A stretch of DNA of 49,198 bases from Octopus bimaculoides (Eukaryota): assembly GCF_001194135.2 (NCBI RefSeq), contig NC_069004.1, forward strand, positions 29,303,493-29,352,690, written 5' to 3'. Below the pieces are notes generated by a model that was not told the origin of the DNA, ran no database searches, and was given only the letters and a program-made list of their open reading frames with translations. Within the stretch, counting starts at the first letter, position 1. Each line of letters starts with the position of its first letter. This document shows positions 12,833 through 24,335 of the stretch, piece by piece. Position numbers and translations under genes: made by a program.

Positions 12833-12838
<6 letters not shown>
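12432..12838 (+). pseudogene. Penelope-like retroelement reverse transcriptase fragment
   Basis: FYGLHKIHK...(stop)...LRPIKAGPACETHSLSNFLDILLKSLLNYIKTFIRE and, after a frameshift, TLLVAFDVINLYSNMPHGYGIEAIKLWL match the PLE RT motifs (Y.LPKIHK, LRPI, LS.FLD, FDV.SLY.NIPH). Confidence 0.85.
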
Positions 12839-12874
<36 letters not shown>

Positions 12875-12960
12875 NNNNNNNNNNNNNNNNNNNNNNNNNN
12901 NNNNNNNNNNNNNNNNNNNNNNNNNNNNNNNNNNNNNNNNNNNNNNNNNNNNNNNNNNNN

Positions 12961-13359
12961 TTCTTCCAAAAATTTAAATGTCAAAATTTGTAGTGTGTAC
13001 TATATACGAGGTTAAAAATGAAAAATATTTTCTAAGCAAAATTTTCTAAGTGATAAATATGTAAAGGCAATTTAATTAATATTTATTTTTCACTGACGTT
13101 ATTACTGTTATTTCTTTATTTTCTGCCAACAAAGTGCATAAAAAAGCTACACGTTTGCATTATGTTATATATACAATAATAATAAAGGACGTTACCATAT
13201 ATATGTTTACAAACCAAGGACGTTATATAGACCTCCTTGACGCAAGTTAGAGAAGGGGTGCGTATTATACACAAAGTTTAGGTTTTTCAGAGGTAAATCA
13301 CCCTAAAAATCACCTGCGTAGTATACTCAAGGGCGGACTATACTCGAGGATTTACGGTA
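12961..13359. mobile_element. Tigger/pogo-like (Tc1-mariner) non-autonomous element, left end in gap
   Basis: The right terminus gggcggactatactcgaggatttacgg-TA resembles pogo-type TIRs with a TA target. A subterminal echo gtactatatacgagg lies near 12998. Confidence 0.6.
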
Positions 13360-13362
13360 TAT

Positions 13363-13396
<34 letters not shown>

Positions 13397-13696
13397 TGAC
13401 TACAACTGAATGAATGAGAACGGATTATGAGGGCTTCATAAGTCATTGCCGAGACGGGAGTTATGGAAACATTGTAGAATTCCGATATAGCGCATATGAA
13501 AATGCTAAAGAAGACAACAAACGTTAAGGCAAGACAAACATCTAAAGTTATATACGTTATTATTATTGGAAAATTTCAAAGTCCTTCAGTTGTTTCTGTG
13601 ATATCTCAAAGTATGGGGTATTCTGTCATCGCAGACAAATAGGAAAAATGAGAAGGGTATAGATTAAAGAAACAATGACACAGAGGACAAGAGGAC

Positions 13697-13765
<69 letters not shown>
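13697..13765. repeat. (GATA)n microsatellite
   Basis: Directly visible. Confidence 0.95.
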
Positions 13766-13766
<1 letters not shown>

Positions 13767-13772
13767 GAATGT

Positions 13773-13900
13773 ATGGTTGTTCGACAAGGATGTCTCCTTT
13801 CTCCAGTATTTTCCAACATCTTCGTGGAAAACATCAAGCAGAAGATACTTGAAGAACTACATCCTTCTGTTTCCATTGGGGGTCGGCCTATTTCCAATAC
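13773..13900 (+). pseudogene. Non-LTR retrotransposon RT fragment (RTE-like, domain 4)
   Basis: VVRQGCLLSPVFSNIFVENIKQKILEELHPSVSIGGRPISN matches the GVRQGC.LSP.LFNI...SIGGR.I.N motif. Confidence 0.85.
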
Positions 13901-14772
13901 ATTTCCACATACATACTGGCACACATCACCTTATTTTTTGGAAATTCCAAATTTCATTTTGTAGATGTAATGTGTGGCAGTGTGTATTTGTACAAGCTCA
14001 CCAAATATTTTTTCTAAATCAAATTTCGATTTAATCGTAATCTACACACACAGAAATATTTGTAGAAAATTTCATTAAAAAATTACCTATTTTTATGAAA
14101 GTTACAAAGAAACAGAGGTGTGTGAATTTTCTGAAACACCCGATCGCAAAAAAAATTCCATCGCAAATTCTAATATAATTGGAATCCACACCATCTAAAG
14201 CGTAATTGTAGAAAAGTTAATTTAAAAAACATCCATTATTCTGGAAGTTATGAGTCAACAAAGTCGAGGAGGCACACATGTGTAGGCATGCCATTTTTTA
14301 AACAACGCTACTGACAGTTTTCCCATCGTAACAACTTGCTTTTAACGTATTAATTCATACATTATACAGTATAAACCTTGATATATAGCATTAAACTAAC
14401 TTTGTTATCACCATAACTACATACCAAGTTTATTTTAAGAAAGTTTTAACTGGTTACAACCGGGGTAAAAGAGCACGTAATCACAGACGAGAGAACATTG
14501 CAAACGTCGCTGGAAACACATAAAATTGCGATTCTCCAATTACCGAAAAACGATCTGATTGTTATAATTAAAACCTGATTATAAATAATCGGTAATCTCA
14601 TTAGTTAGCTTAACTATCTCATAACAAAAATGTTTGATAAATAGACTACAGCATATCAACTGCCAAGATACAAAGTTATGAGTAAATACATAATATCGAT
14701 TTTATTGCCGTCATAAAGCTCGGAGAATTTCCACAGGAATGTAAGAAAATTTTAGCCTGCTAGTTGAGTGAA

Positions 14773-14890
14773 CGCGCATGGCCTATCGGTTAGTGTGTTT
14801 AGTCTATATTTATGATCCTAACATTCTGAGTTCAATTCCTGGGCTGAGCAGCGCTTTGTTGTTCCCAGACAAAGCATTTCATTGTAAATT
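14773..14890 (+). mobile_element. Degenerate SINE head
   Basis: gcatggcctatcggttag (A box-like) and gagttcaattcc (B box-like). Confidence 0.6.
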
Positions 14891-14896
14891 GGTACT

Positions 14897-15234
14897 TCGT
14901 CGTTTACAACGGCGAGGGTTCTAATTCATCCGATCAACAGAACACACTGCTCCTGAAATTACCTTGCATGGGGCTGAGCACTCCACAAATTCGTGTGCCC
15001 TTCGTGTACAACCGATAGTGGTGTGCTTATGTCCCCGTAACTTGGTTCTCAAGGAGACTCAGCGTGACACAATGTGACAAGGCTGGTCCTTTGAAATACA
15101 GGTACTACTCATTTTTTCCAGATGAGTAGACTGGGGCAATGTGAAATAAAGGAGACGACACGTCGCCAGGAATTGAACTCACGACCTTACCATCGTGAGC
15201 CGAATGCCCTAACCACTAAGCCATGCGACTTCAC
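14897..15234 (-). mobile_element. tRNA-head CORE-like SINE with tail T1, carrying a small foreign insert
   Basis: The minus strand reads head (tggcttagtggttagggc), CORE, then the T1 tail as in 22970-23120. A family A piece lies at 15008-15043. Confidence 0.8.
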
Positions 15235-15562
15235 TACTCCATTGTAATGAAGCGAGAAATGAGTACCAGTCGAATGCGGAATGGAACAGTTGGGTGCAGC
15301 TGTTTGGCTGCTGGCCATTTGGCACTAGAAAATCAGCCTGTTGTGGACGACGGTACGTCTTGGCACTGGAGGCAAACACACACCAGTGCGCGAGCACGCA
15401 GGCACAAGCTTGCTAGAACGCATGCGGATACACATACGCATACAAATACAAAGAATGAGGGAGGCGGAAGAGAGAGAGGATGAGTGAGATACATTACAAA
15501 TTATTAATTTGAACACAACTCAAACACGATATATGATAATAATAATGATGATAATAATAATG

Positions 15563-15596
<34 letters not shown>

Positions 15597-15597
15597 T

Positions 15598-15905
15598 CGC
15601 TGACAAATGGTATAAACACCATCCTGAAGCTGTAACTGAGGGAGAAAATGTTTCAATTCTCTGGGACTTCCCCGTACATACCGACAAAACTATAAAAGCT
15701 AATAAACCGGATATTATTATAAAAGATCAGACAAAGAAGACGTGGTTATTAATTGACATGAATTTGACAAGATCAGTAAATATAAAGACTTTCTAATAGA
15801 AATTGAAAAAATATGGCACCTCAAGGCGACTACCATACCAGTGATTGTAGGATCTCTAGGAATGATAAAAAAAAAGGTACTGAAACCTATTTGAAAATGA
15901 TACCA
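15598..15905 (+). pseudogene. R4/Dong-like non-LTR retrotransposon RLE domain fragment, 5'-truncated, continuing into gap
   Basis: DKWYKHHPEAVTEGENVSILWDFPVHTDKTIKANKPDIIIKD...LLIDM and, after a deletion and frameshift, FDKISKYKDFLIEIEKIWHLKATTIPVIVGSLGMI show the PD...D/K-KY RLE motif. Confidence 0.88.
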
Positions 15906-17247
15906 NNNNNNNNNNNNNNNNNNNNNNNNNNNNNNNNNNNNNNNNNNNNNNNNNNNNNNNNNNNNNNNNNNNNNNNNNNNNNNNNNNNNNNNNNNNNNNN
16001 NNNNNNNNNNNNNNNNNNNNNNNNNNNNNNNNNNNNNNNNNNNNNNNNNNNNNNNNNNNNNNNNNNNNNNNNNNNNNNNNNNNNNNNNNNNNNNNNNNNN
16101 NNNNNNNNNNNNNNNNNNNNNNNNNNNNNNNNNNNNNNNNNNNNNNNNNNNNNNNNNNNNNNNNNNNNNNNNNNNNNNNNNNNNNNNNNNNNNNNNNNNN
16201 NNNNNNNNNNNNNNNNNNNNNNNNNNNNNNNNNNNNNNNNNNNNNNNNNNNNNNNNNNNNNNNNNNNNNNNNNNNNNNNNNNNNNNNNNNNNNNNNNNNN
16301 NNNNNNNNNNNNNNNNNNNNNNNNNNNNNNNNNNNNNNNNNNNNNNNNNNNNNNNNNNNNNNNNNNNNNNNNNNNNNNNNNNNNNNNNNNNNNNNNNNNN
16401 NNNNNNNNNNNNNNNNNNNNNNNNNNNNNNNNNNNNNNNNNNNNNNNNNNNNNNNNNNNNNNNNNNNNNNNNNNNNNNNNNNNNNNNNNNNNNNNNNNNN
16501 NNNNNNNNNNNNNNNNNNNNNNNNNNNNNNNNNNNNNNNNNNNNNNNNNNNNNNNNNNNNNNNNNNNNNNNNNNNNNNNNNNNNNNNNNNNNNNNNNNNN
16601 NNNNNNNNNNNNNNNNNNNNNNNNNNNNNNNNNNNNNNNNNNNNNNNNNNNNNNNNATATATATAATTAGGATAAAGTCATTAATTATCAGTGGCCAGGG
16701 TACAAAATGTCATATGGGTTAAGTTAATATTCTAAGTATCTCTTTTACTCTTTTACTTGTTTCAGTCATTTGACGGAAGGAGCGAATTACACTAAATTTT
16801 ACAGCCTACCACTGATGTGGGTGCTGTACCGCACTGAATATGACGTAATATCTGTTGAAAAATGTACTTTTCTGTAGTCACTATATCTGTACAGGTTTCG
16901 ATTTTACGTGATTTCATATCACAATCTCTATAGCCAGCGTCCAACAAAAGTCTTCTATTTGTACGTTTATTTTTATCGAGGATGGAAAAGAAAAATCTTC
17001 CTCCGCTCATCATGAATCACGTGGTTATTTCTTTTAGTCAAGTGAATTCCATGTTCTTTATGCAATATTTGTTTACTACTAGAAGATGGAGTTGGGGGTT
17101 AAATGTGTTGATACGCAAAGGAATGAATATCAACTAATGATGTTTCGATTGGTCTATGTGTAGGGTGAGAATGGCTCTACATTCTATCTTAAAGAATACG
17201 TTCAGGGTATTTAGAAATATGTGTGTATGTGTGTATACTAGTGTGCC

Positions 17248-17324
<77 letters not shown>

Positions 17325-18292
17325 NNNNNNNNNNNNNNNNNNNNNNNNNNNNNNNNNNNNNNNNNNNNNNNNNNNNNNNNNNNNNNNNNNNNNNNNNNNN
17401 NNNNNNNNNNNNNNNNNNNNNNNNNNNNNNNNNNNNNNNNNNNNNNNNNNNNNNNNNNNNNNNNNNNNNNNNNNNNNNNNNNNNNNNNNNNNNNNNNNNN
17501 NNNNNNNNNNNNNNNNNNNNNNNNNNNNNNNNNNNNNNNNNNNNNNNNNNNNNNNNNNNNNNNNNNNNNNNNNNNNNNNNNNNNNNNNNNNNNNNNNNNN
17601 NNNNNNNNNNNNNNNNNNNNNNNNNNNNNNNNNNNNNNNNNNNNNNNNNNNNNNNNNNNNNNNNNNNNNNNNNNNNNNNNNNNNNNNNNNNNNNNNNNNN
17701 NNNNNNNNNNNNNNNNNNNNNNNNNNNNNNNNNNNNNNNNNNNNNNNNNNNNNNNNNNNNNNNNNNNNNNNNNNNNNNNNNNNNNNNNNNNNNNNNNNNN
17801 NNNNNNNNNNNNNNNNNNNNNNNNNNNNNNNNNNNNNNNNNNNNNNNNNNNNNNNNNNNNNNNNNNNNNNNNNNNNNNNNNNNNNNNNNNNNNNNNNNNN
17901 NNNNNNNNNNNNNNNNNNNNNNNNNNNNNNNNNNNNNNNNNNNNNNNNNNNNNNNNNNNNNNNNNNNNNNNNNNNNNNNNNNNNNNNNNNNNNNNNNNNN
18001 NNNNNNNNNNNNNNNNNNNNNNNNNNNNNNNNNNNNNNNNNNNNNNNNNNNNNNNNNNNNNNNNNNNNNNNNNNNNNNNNNNNNNNNNNNNNNNNNNNNN
18101 NNNNNNNNNNNNNNNNNNNNNNNNNNNNNNNNNNNNNNNNNNNNNNNNNNNNNNNNNNNNNNNNNNNNNNNNNNNNNNNNNNNNNNNNNNNNNNNNNNNN
18201 NNNNNNNNNNNNNNNNNNNNNNNNNNNNNNNNNNNNNNNNNNNNNNNNNNNNNNNNNNNNNNNNNNNNNNNNNNNNNNNNNNNNNNNNNNNN

Positions 18293-18351
<59 letters not shown>

Positions 18352-18820
18352 CATATATATATATATACATATATATATAGCGCAAAATTCTCAAAAACGA
18401 GGTGCTTGAAACAAGTATTAAAACTTCTAGATTTAGAATACGATTAAGGACAACCCCACAATATTAAAATATGGTACAATATAAAAACGAAACAGCCACA
18501 AGCAAAGAAACGAACAATCCTTCAAGTTCAAGTCTGCGAGAAAAAATAATTTCACTGAAGGACAACTTTGAACCACGAAAACACAAGTTACAGAAGACTC
18601 ACAAGCAATACACGTTTTAAACGTATTTGTTTATCGTCAGGTGACTAACGGATATCATTATTCTTTCGACACCATTCACTTGTCTGCATCGTTTAAAACA
18701 TGAACGCTATACGGGAAATAGTAAACAAGAAACAGGAGAGATTAATTTTACAAGCATACATACATAAATATATACATACATACATACATAAGCACATACG
18801 CTTATACACACACACACGCA

Positions 18821-18888
<68 letters not shown>

Positions 18889-19051
18889 CGGATGATGTAG
18901 CTGCTTATGTAAATCGCAGGAGTTACGATACAGTTGTTAAGTAATGAAAGAAAACATCCACTCTCTCACTCCGTTTCTCTTATTTTGTCAATATTTATAT
19001 ACGCTCGGATGAAACTACATCCCTGAGAAACACCAACCTTTTTCCATTCGA

Positions 19052-19086
<35 letters not shown>

Positions 19087-19977
19087 GAATTGTTAAATTT
19101 TTATTGATACGCAAGACAACCAAGATTAGGAGAGTGTAAATGCAATGAAATCGTCCCCAGCCCTCCAGTGTTACTTTAGTTTATCGCTTTCGTTTTTAAT
19201 GGTTTGCAAAGTTGACTTAGGATACGAACCCAGACTTCATAAACCACAATATAATACCACTGTCAGTTTGTCCTGTCGTCTGCTTAATTCGAAAATGTAC
19301 GATGCACGAAAACATCCATAGAAATAATACGTATATGAACACACACACACTCACACTGTGTATGTAAGTATGTATGTATATGTATATACTTATGTATGTA
19401 CATACATAAACATACATATACTCACACGTGTGTATACGAAAACAAATATGGCGTTTCCAAATTGGAAGTCCAGAGCTTGTATTTGGCATGTTCAACAGAT
19501 TTATGCTTCAGAAATTTCTTCAGGGAAATTTTCACAATATTTATTTAAGCAGACCTTACCAATATATGTAATTTGTTTCATTCCTACGAGGAAAGTAATT
19601 TTTAGATTTTCAGTATAAACGGCAGCTTAAAACGTCTGGTTACAATAAAAGGTTTCGTTTCGTTGCCAAAATTACATGTCTCACTTTACTAGGCGTGTTG
19701 CAGAATTTGTCACAAATCCAGCGTTTATTATTACAATAGAGTTTTTCTATTACTTAGAATTGAAATGAAATTGTTCAGAAGCAATGTATATGCGTATATA
19801 TTACAGAATGATATAGATTTCTGTTGATATCTTTGCCGTTCTTTCCCATTTACAAAACACCAGAGCCGAACCAGAAGTAGTTTTACCGCGAAAACATTAT
19901 AACTACCATCTCGAAGCAGAATAATTTTGTGTGATGAGGACATTATACAGCAACTGGGTCTTATATTACAGTCTGGC

Positions 19978-20215
19978 TTTTCCTTGTTTCAGTCATGAGA
20001 CTGCGGCCATGCTGGAGCACAGACTTGAAGAATATTTTAGTCAAATATATCGACCCTAGTACATTGTTTTATTTTTTAAGCTTGTTTAAGCTTGATACTT
20101 TTCTATCGGACTCTTTTGCCGCACCGCTAGGTTACAAGGTCCGAAGCACAGCAACACTAATTAGAAAGCAGTGTGGGGAGGACAAACACAAACACGCAGA
20201 CCCACACACATATAT
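19978..20215 (-). mobile_element. Family A SINE 3' half
   Basis: cttgtttcagtcatgagactgcggccatgctggagcac...ctatcggactcttttgccg matches 34410-34540. Confidence 0.82.
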
Positions 20216-20217
20216 CC

Positions 20218-20835
20218 ATAGGCGCAGCAGTGGCTTTGTAGTAGGAAGCTTGCTTCCCAACCACATGGCTCCGGGTTCAGTCCCACTGCATGGCACCTTG
20301 GGCTACTGTCTTCTACTATAGCCTCTGGCCGACCAAAGCTTTGTGAGTGGATTTGGTAGACAGAAACTGAAAGAAGTNNNNNNNNNNNNNNNNNNNNNNN
20401 NNNNNNNNNNNNNNNNNNNNNNNNNNNNNNNNNNNNNNNNNNNNNNNNNNNNNNNNNNNNNNNNNNNNNNNNNNNNNNNNNNNNNNNNNNNNNNNNNNNN
20501 NNNNNNNNNNNNNNNNNNNNNNNNNNNNNNNNNNNNNNNNNNNNNNNNNNNNNNNNNNNNNNNNNNNNNNNNNNNNNNNNNNNNNNNNNNNNNNNNNNNN
20601 NNNNNNNNNNNNNNNNNNNNNNNNNNNNNNNNNNNNNNNNNNNNNNNNNNNNNNNATATATATGTTCGTATTTCTGTGTCTGTGTTTATCCTACCACTAC
20701 AACTTGACAATCGATGTTGGTGTGTTTATGTCCCTGTAACTTAGCAGTTCGGGGGAAAAGCACCCGATAAAATAAGTACTAGGCTTACGAAGAATAAATC
20801 CTGGGGTCGATTCTTTCGACAAAAGGTGGGGTTTT
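20218..20835 (+). mobile_element. Family A SINE with gap at the internal microsatellite slot
   Basis: Head at 20218-20376, gap, then 3' half cttgacaatcgatgttggtgtgtttatgtccc...cctggggtcgattc. Confidence 0.9.
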
Positions 20836-21208
20836 AGCATCGAGTAAAAAAAAACATATACGCAATTATGTGGGCAAACACATTAGATATATTAAATATA
20901 ACAGTTTGCCTATGAAATGTAATATATATTAGCACATTAACTGCTATTTCTAAATTTCGGTATGTGGTGAAGCAACTGTTGCTGATCCCTTAATTATGTT
21001 TATATATATATATATATATATATTAATGCAAAACAAGAGAAAGGATAAAGTGGATCTATCAATATAAATATTCATCGTCAGAATGTTGTCTCCATCTTTT
21101 ACTTTCTCTCATTCTGCATGAAGACATATATATAATATATTTTGTATTTCATAACCAAACTTATATTTGTTATATTTAAATCGTTTATCCACATAAGTGT
21201 CTTCATAC

Positions 21209-21284
21209 CTGTTCAACTTGATCCCTCTTACAGTCATTCATTACCCCATGGAATCGATCTCCTCTAGATTTATCGGAATCTAAG
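21209..21284 (-). CDS. Candidate 76-nt internal exon, unidentified gene
   Basis: Minus strand: acceptor ttgttttctgatag| and donor CAG|gtatga. A single open frame, LDSDKSRGDRFHGVMNDCKRDQVEQ. Confidence 0.25.
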
Positions 21285-22067
21285 CTATCAGAAAACAAGG
21301 ACACTCTTAAGAATAGCTAAGCAATTGTTACAACGAAAGAAATTTATATCTTGGACATGGAGTTATCCAAGGTTTCGTATCCACAAAACCAAAGTCATGT
21401 GGACATCCTGTTAGGCTCTATATAAAGACAAAAATTTTAATTTTTTTACGTCGCGGTCGTGAGGGAACGCACAGAATTCGAGAAATACATCATAACAAAA
21501 AAAAAAAGTTAACGAGACTGGGTTATCTCCCCTGGACCACAAAGAAAAAAAAACAACCCTTAAAGACACGAAGAAGCCTAATCAACAAACGGTGAGATCC
21601 AAATTTCCAGTAGGTAGCGCTTGAAGGGGACACATTTAGAAAACACTTCATTACGACTATTCATATATAAATATTATATNNNNNNNNNNNNNNNNNNNNN
21701 NNNNNNNNNNNNNNNNNNNNNNNNNNNNNNNNNNNNNNNNNNNNNNNNNNNNNNNNNNNNNNNNNNNNNNNNNNNNNNNNNNNNNNNNNNNNNNNNNNNN
21801 NNNNNNNNNNNNNNNNNNNNNNNNNNNNNNNNNNNNNNNNNNNNNNNNNNNNNNNNNNNNNNNNNNNNNNNNNNNNNNNNNNNNNNNNNNNNNNNNNNNN
21901 NNNNNNNNNNNNNNNNNNNNNNNNNNNNNNNNNNNNNNNNNNNNNNNNNNNNNNNNNNNNNNNNNNNNNNNNNNNNNNNNNNNNNNNNNNNNNNNNNNNN
22001 NNNNNNNNNNNNNNNNNNNNNNNNNNNNNNNNNNNNNNNNNNNNNNNNNNNNNNNNNNNNNNNNNNN

Positions 22068-22115
<48 letters not shown>

Positions 22116-22124
22116 ATAGCTTGT

Positions 22125-22410
22125 GTGATGGTGCGTAGATTATCGATTAGGGTATTCGGCTCAGGATTGTATGGTCACGAGCTCGATTCCAGCGGCGCGT
22201 TGAGTCCTTGAGGTAGGAAACTTTATTTCACCTATTCCCAGTCCACCCAGCTTTCACCAGTGAGTAGTACCTGTATTTCAAGGGTCCAATCTTGTTACAT
22301 CCAGCGTCACACTGTATCTCGCTGACAACAGCGTTAATGGTACACGTTTATTTTACGAGCAGGTTGTTCCGTTTGATCGGACCACCTGCAACACTCGTCG
22401 TCATCACCAA
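22125..22410 (+). mobile_element. Old CORE-like SINE with tail T1
   Basis: Degenerate head, ccagtccacccagct core and gtacctgtatttcaaggg...gtttgatcggacc tail. Confidence 0.7.
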
Positions 22411-22762
22411 CCGATTTGGTTGGCTAATATCCATGGCTAATACCGGTCACACTTGGGAATCCAGAAGGAAAGTTTAATGACGTTTGCTCTTAATAAAACA
22501 GTATTAAGGAGTTGTCTGAGAAATGTGCCGCTACGATCCTCCTAAGAATAAGGAGACAAAGAAGAAGGTTGGGCGAATTAGGGCTTAAGGGATTACATGC
22601 TTCACAAAGCAATTCATTCGTGAGGTAGTACTCTAGCACAAACGTCGCTGTGTCTCAATAACGGTCTTTTGAATTACTAAAACAGTCCCTATTAAGGGTT
22701 TCATGTAGTTTGCCTCTCCTTAATTGTCAAACGAGTTTTGTCAGTGTGATACCATAATAAAT

Positions 22763-23125
22763 GGAGGCGCAATGGCCCAGTGGTTAGGGCAGCGCACTCG
22801 CGGTTATAGGATCGCGGTTTCGATTCCCAGATCGGGCATTGTGTGTGTTTATTGAGCGAAAGCACCTAAAGCTCCACGAGGCTCCGGCGGGGGACGGTGG
22901 CGAACCCTGCTGTACTTTTCCACCACAACTTTCTCTCACTCTTTCTTCCTGTTTCTGTTGTGTCTGTAATTCAAAGGGTCAGCCTTGTCACACTGTGTTA
23001 CGCTGAATATCCCCGAGAACTACGTTAAGGGTACACGTGTCTGTGGAGTGCTCAGCCACTTGCAGGCTGTTCCGTTGATCGGATCAACTGGAACCCTCGA
23101 CGTCGTAAGCGACGGAGTGCCAACA
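22763..23125 (+). mobile_element. Full-length tRNA-derived SINE (non-CORE middle, tail T1) with 12-bp TSD
   Basis: A box TGGCCCAGTGG at 22773 and B box GGTTTCGATTCCC at 22816. Exact direct repeat accataataaat at 22751-22762 and 23126-23137. Confidence 0.93.
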
Positions 23126-23137
23126 ACCATAATAAAT

Positions 23138-23390
23138 ATAAATGCGCCCTTTTAAAACCTAGCCAGGCTCATGGGCCTGGTTCTCCGGTTTCTATGGCGT
23201 ATGTGATCCCCAGCTGGAGGGGACGCCAATTCATCGCAGCATTACCCATTTTTGCCACCTGAGTGGACTGGAGCAACGTGAAATGAAGTGTTTTGCTCAA
23301 GAACACAACGCGTCGCCCGGTCCAGGAATTGAAACCACAATCTTACGATCATGATGCCGATACCCTAACCACTAAGACACGTTCCTCCAC
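23138..23390 (-). mobile_element. Full-length tRNA-head CORE-like SINE (tail T2) with 24-bp TSD
   Basis: Minus head gtggagg...cttagtggttagggt, B box ggtttcaattcc and CORE segment. Exact repeat ttgtcagtgtgataccataataaa at 22738-22761 and 23391-23414. Confidence 0.93.
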
Positions 23391-23541
23391 TTGTCAGTGT
23401 GATACCATAATAAAAATACTAGCCTGGAGTGATACACAAAGTTATCAAACGTAGAACAATGTTATTAGGAAGAGAATTTTCTAACTGTTCGGGAGCATCT
23501 ACTTCCGATATAAATGTAAAGACATGCTCTGTCTCTGTCTC

Positions 23542-23625
<84 letters not shown>

Positions 23626-23974
23626 ACTCTCTCAATCTCTCTCTCACACACACACACACATGTATACAAGCATTCACATATAGAATACTTGCTCGCATAC
23701 ATACATATATGCATGCATACATACATGCATGCAAACATGTACAAACGTGTACATAAAATATTGTGTAGGTGTGTGTGTGCGTAGGTGTTACAAGATAATC
23801 GATACCTCCAAAGAACCTGAACTGTAAATTTTATTACCTAATTTCAGAAAAAAAAAATTGGTAATTATATCGATTGTCTTGTATAGAAAATTTAAGTTTG
23901 GAATTCTAGTACAGAAAGACTGGTAGAGTTGTTGAAGCATTTTAGTGGAGACCGTGGATTGTTGGATAGGACGT

Positions 23975-24335
23975 TTCGCGGCGTTTGTTCGGAATTTCTG
24001 CACTCTGGGTTCAAATACCACCGAAATAAACTTAACCTTTCATTTTTGCGCTGAATTGGTAGAGGGGAAATTGAAAGAAGCTCGTTGTGTACATGTATAT
24101 GTATATGTGTGTGTGTGTATGTGTGTCCGTGTATTTGTCTTTGTTTCTCTTCTCCACCGCTTGACAGCCGGTGTTGGTTTGTTTATGAACTCCCCAAATT
24201 AACTGTTCTGCAAAGGAGAAAGTATCGGTACCAAGCATAAGAAAATGAAACACCGGGATCGATTCATTTGACTAAAATATCTTCAAGGTGGTGCTCCAGC
24301 ATGGCCGCAATCCTAAAACTAAAAGAAGCAAAAGA
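23975..24335 (+). mobile_element. Chimeric SINE: family D head joined to family A body
   Basis: ctctgggttcaaataccaccga...acctttcat (D-like) is joined at about 24050 to ttggtagaggggaaattgaaagaagctcg, a microsatellite and the A 3' half. Confidence 0.65.

Noticed and set aside
18611-18640. Minus CTGACGA with a TAAAC/GTTTA stem resembling a hammerhead
   Set aside because: GAAA is replaced by AAAA, the cleavage position is G, and stem I is unpaired.
22763-22835. tRNA-like A and B boxes here and in other SINE heads
   Set aside because: They continue into SINE bodies with TSDs and lack a clean cloverleaf, so they are not tRNA genes.
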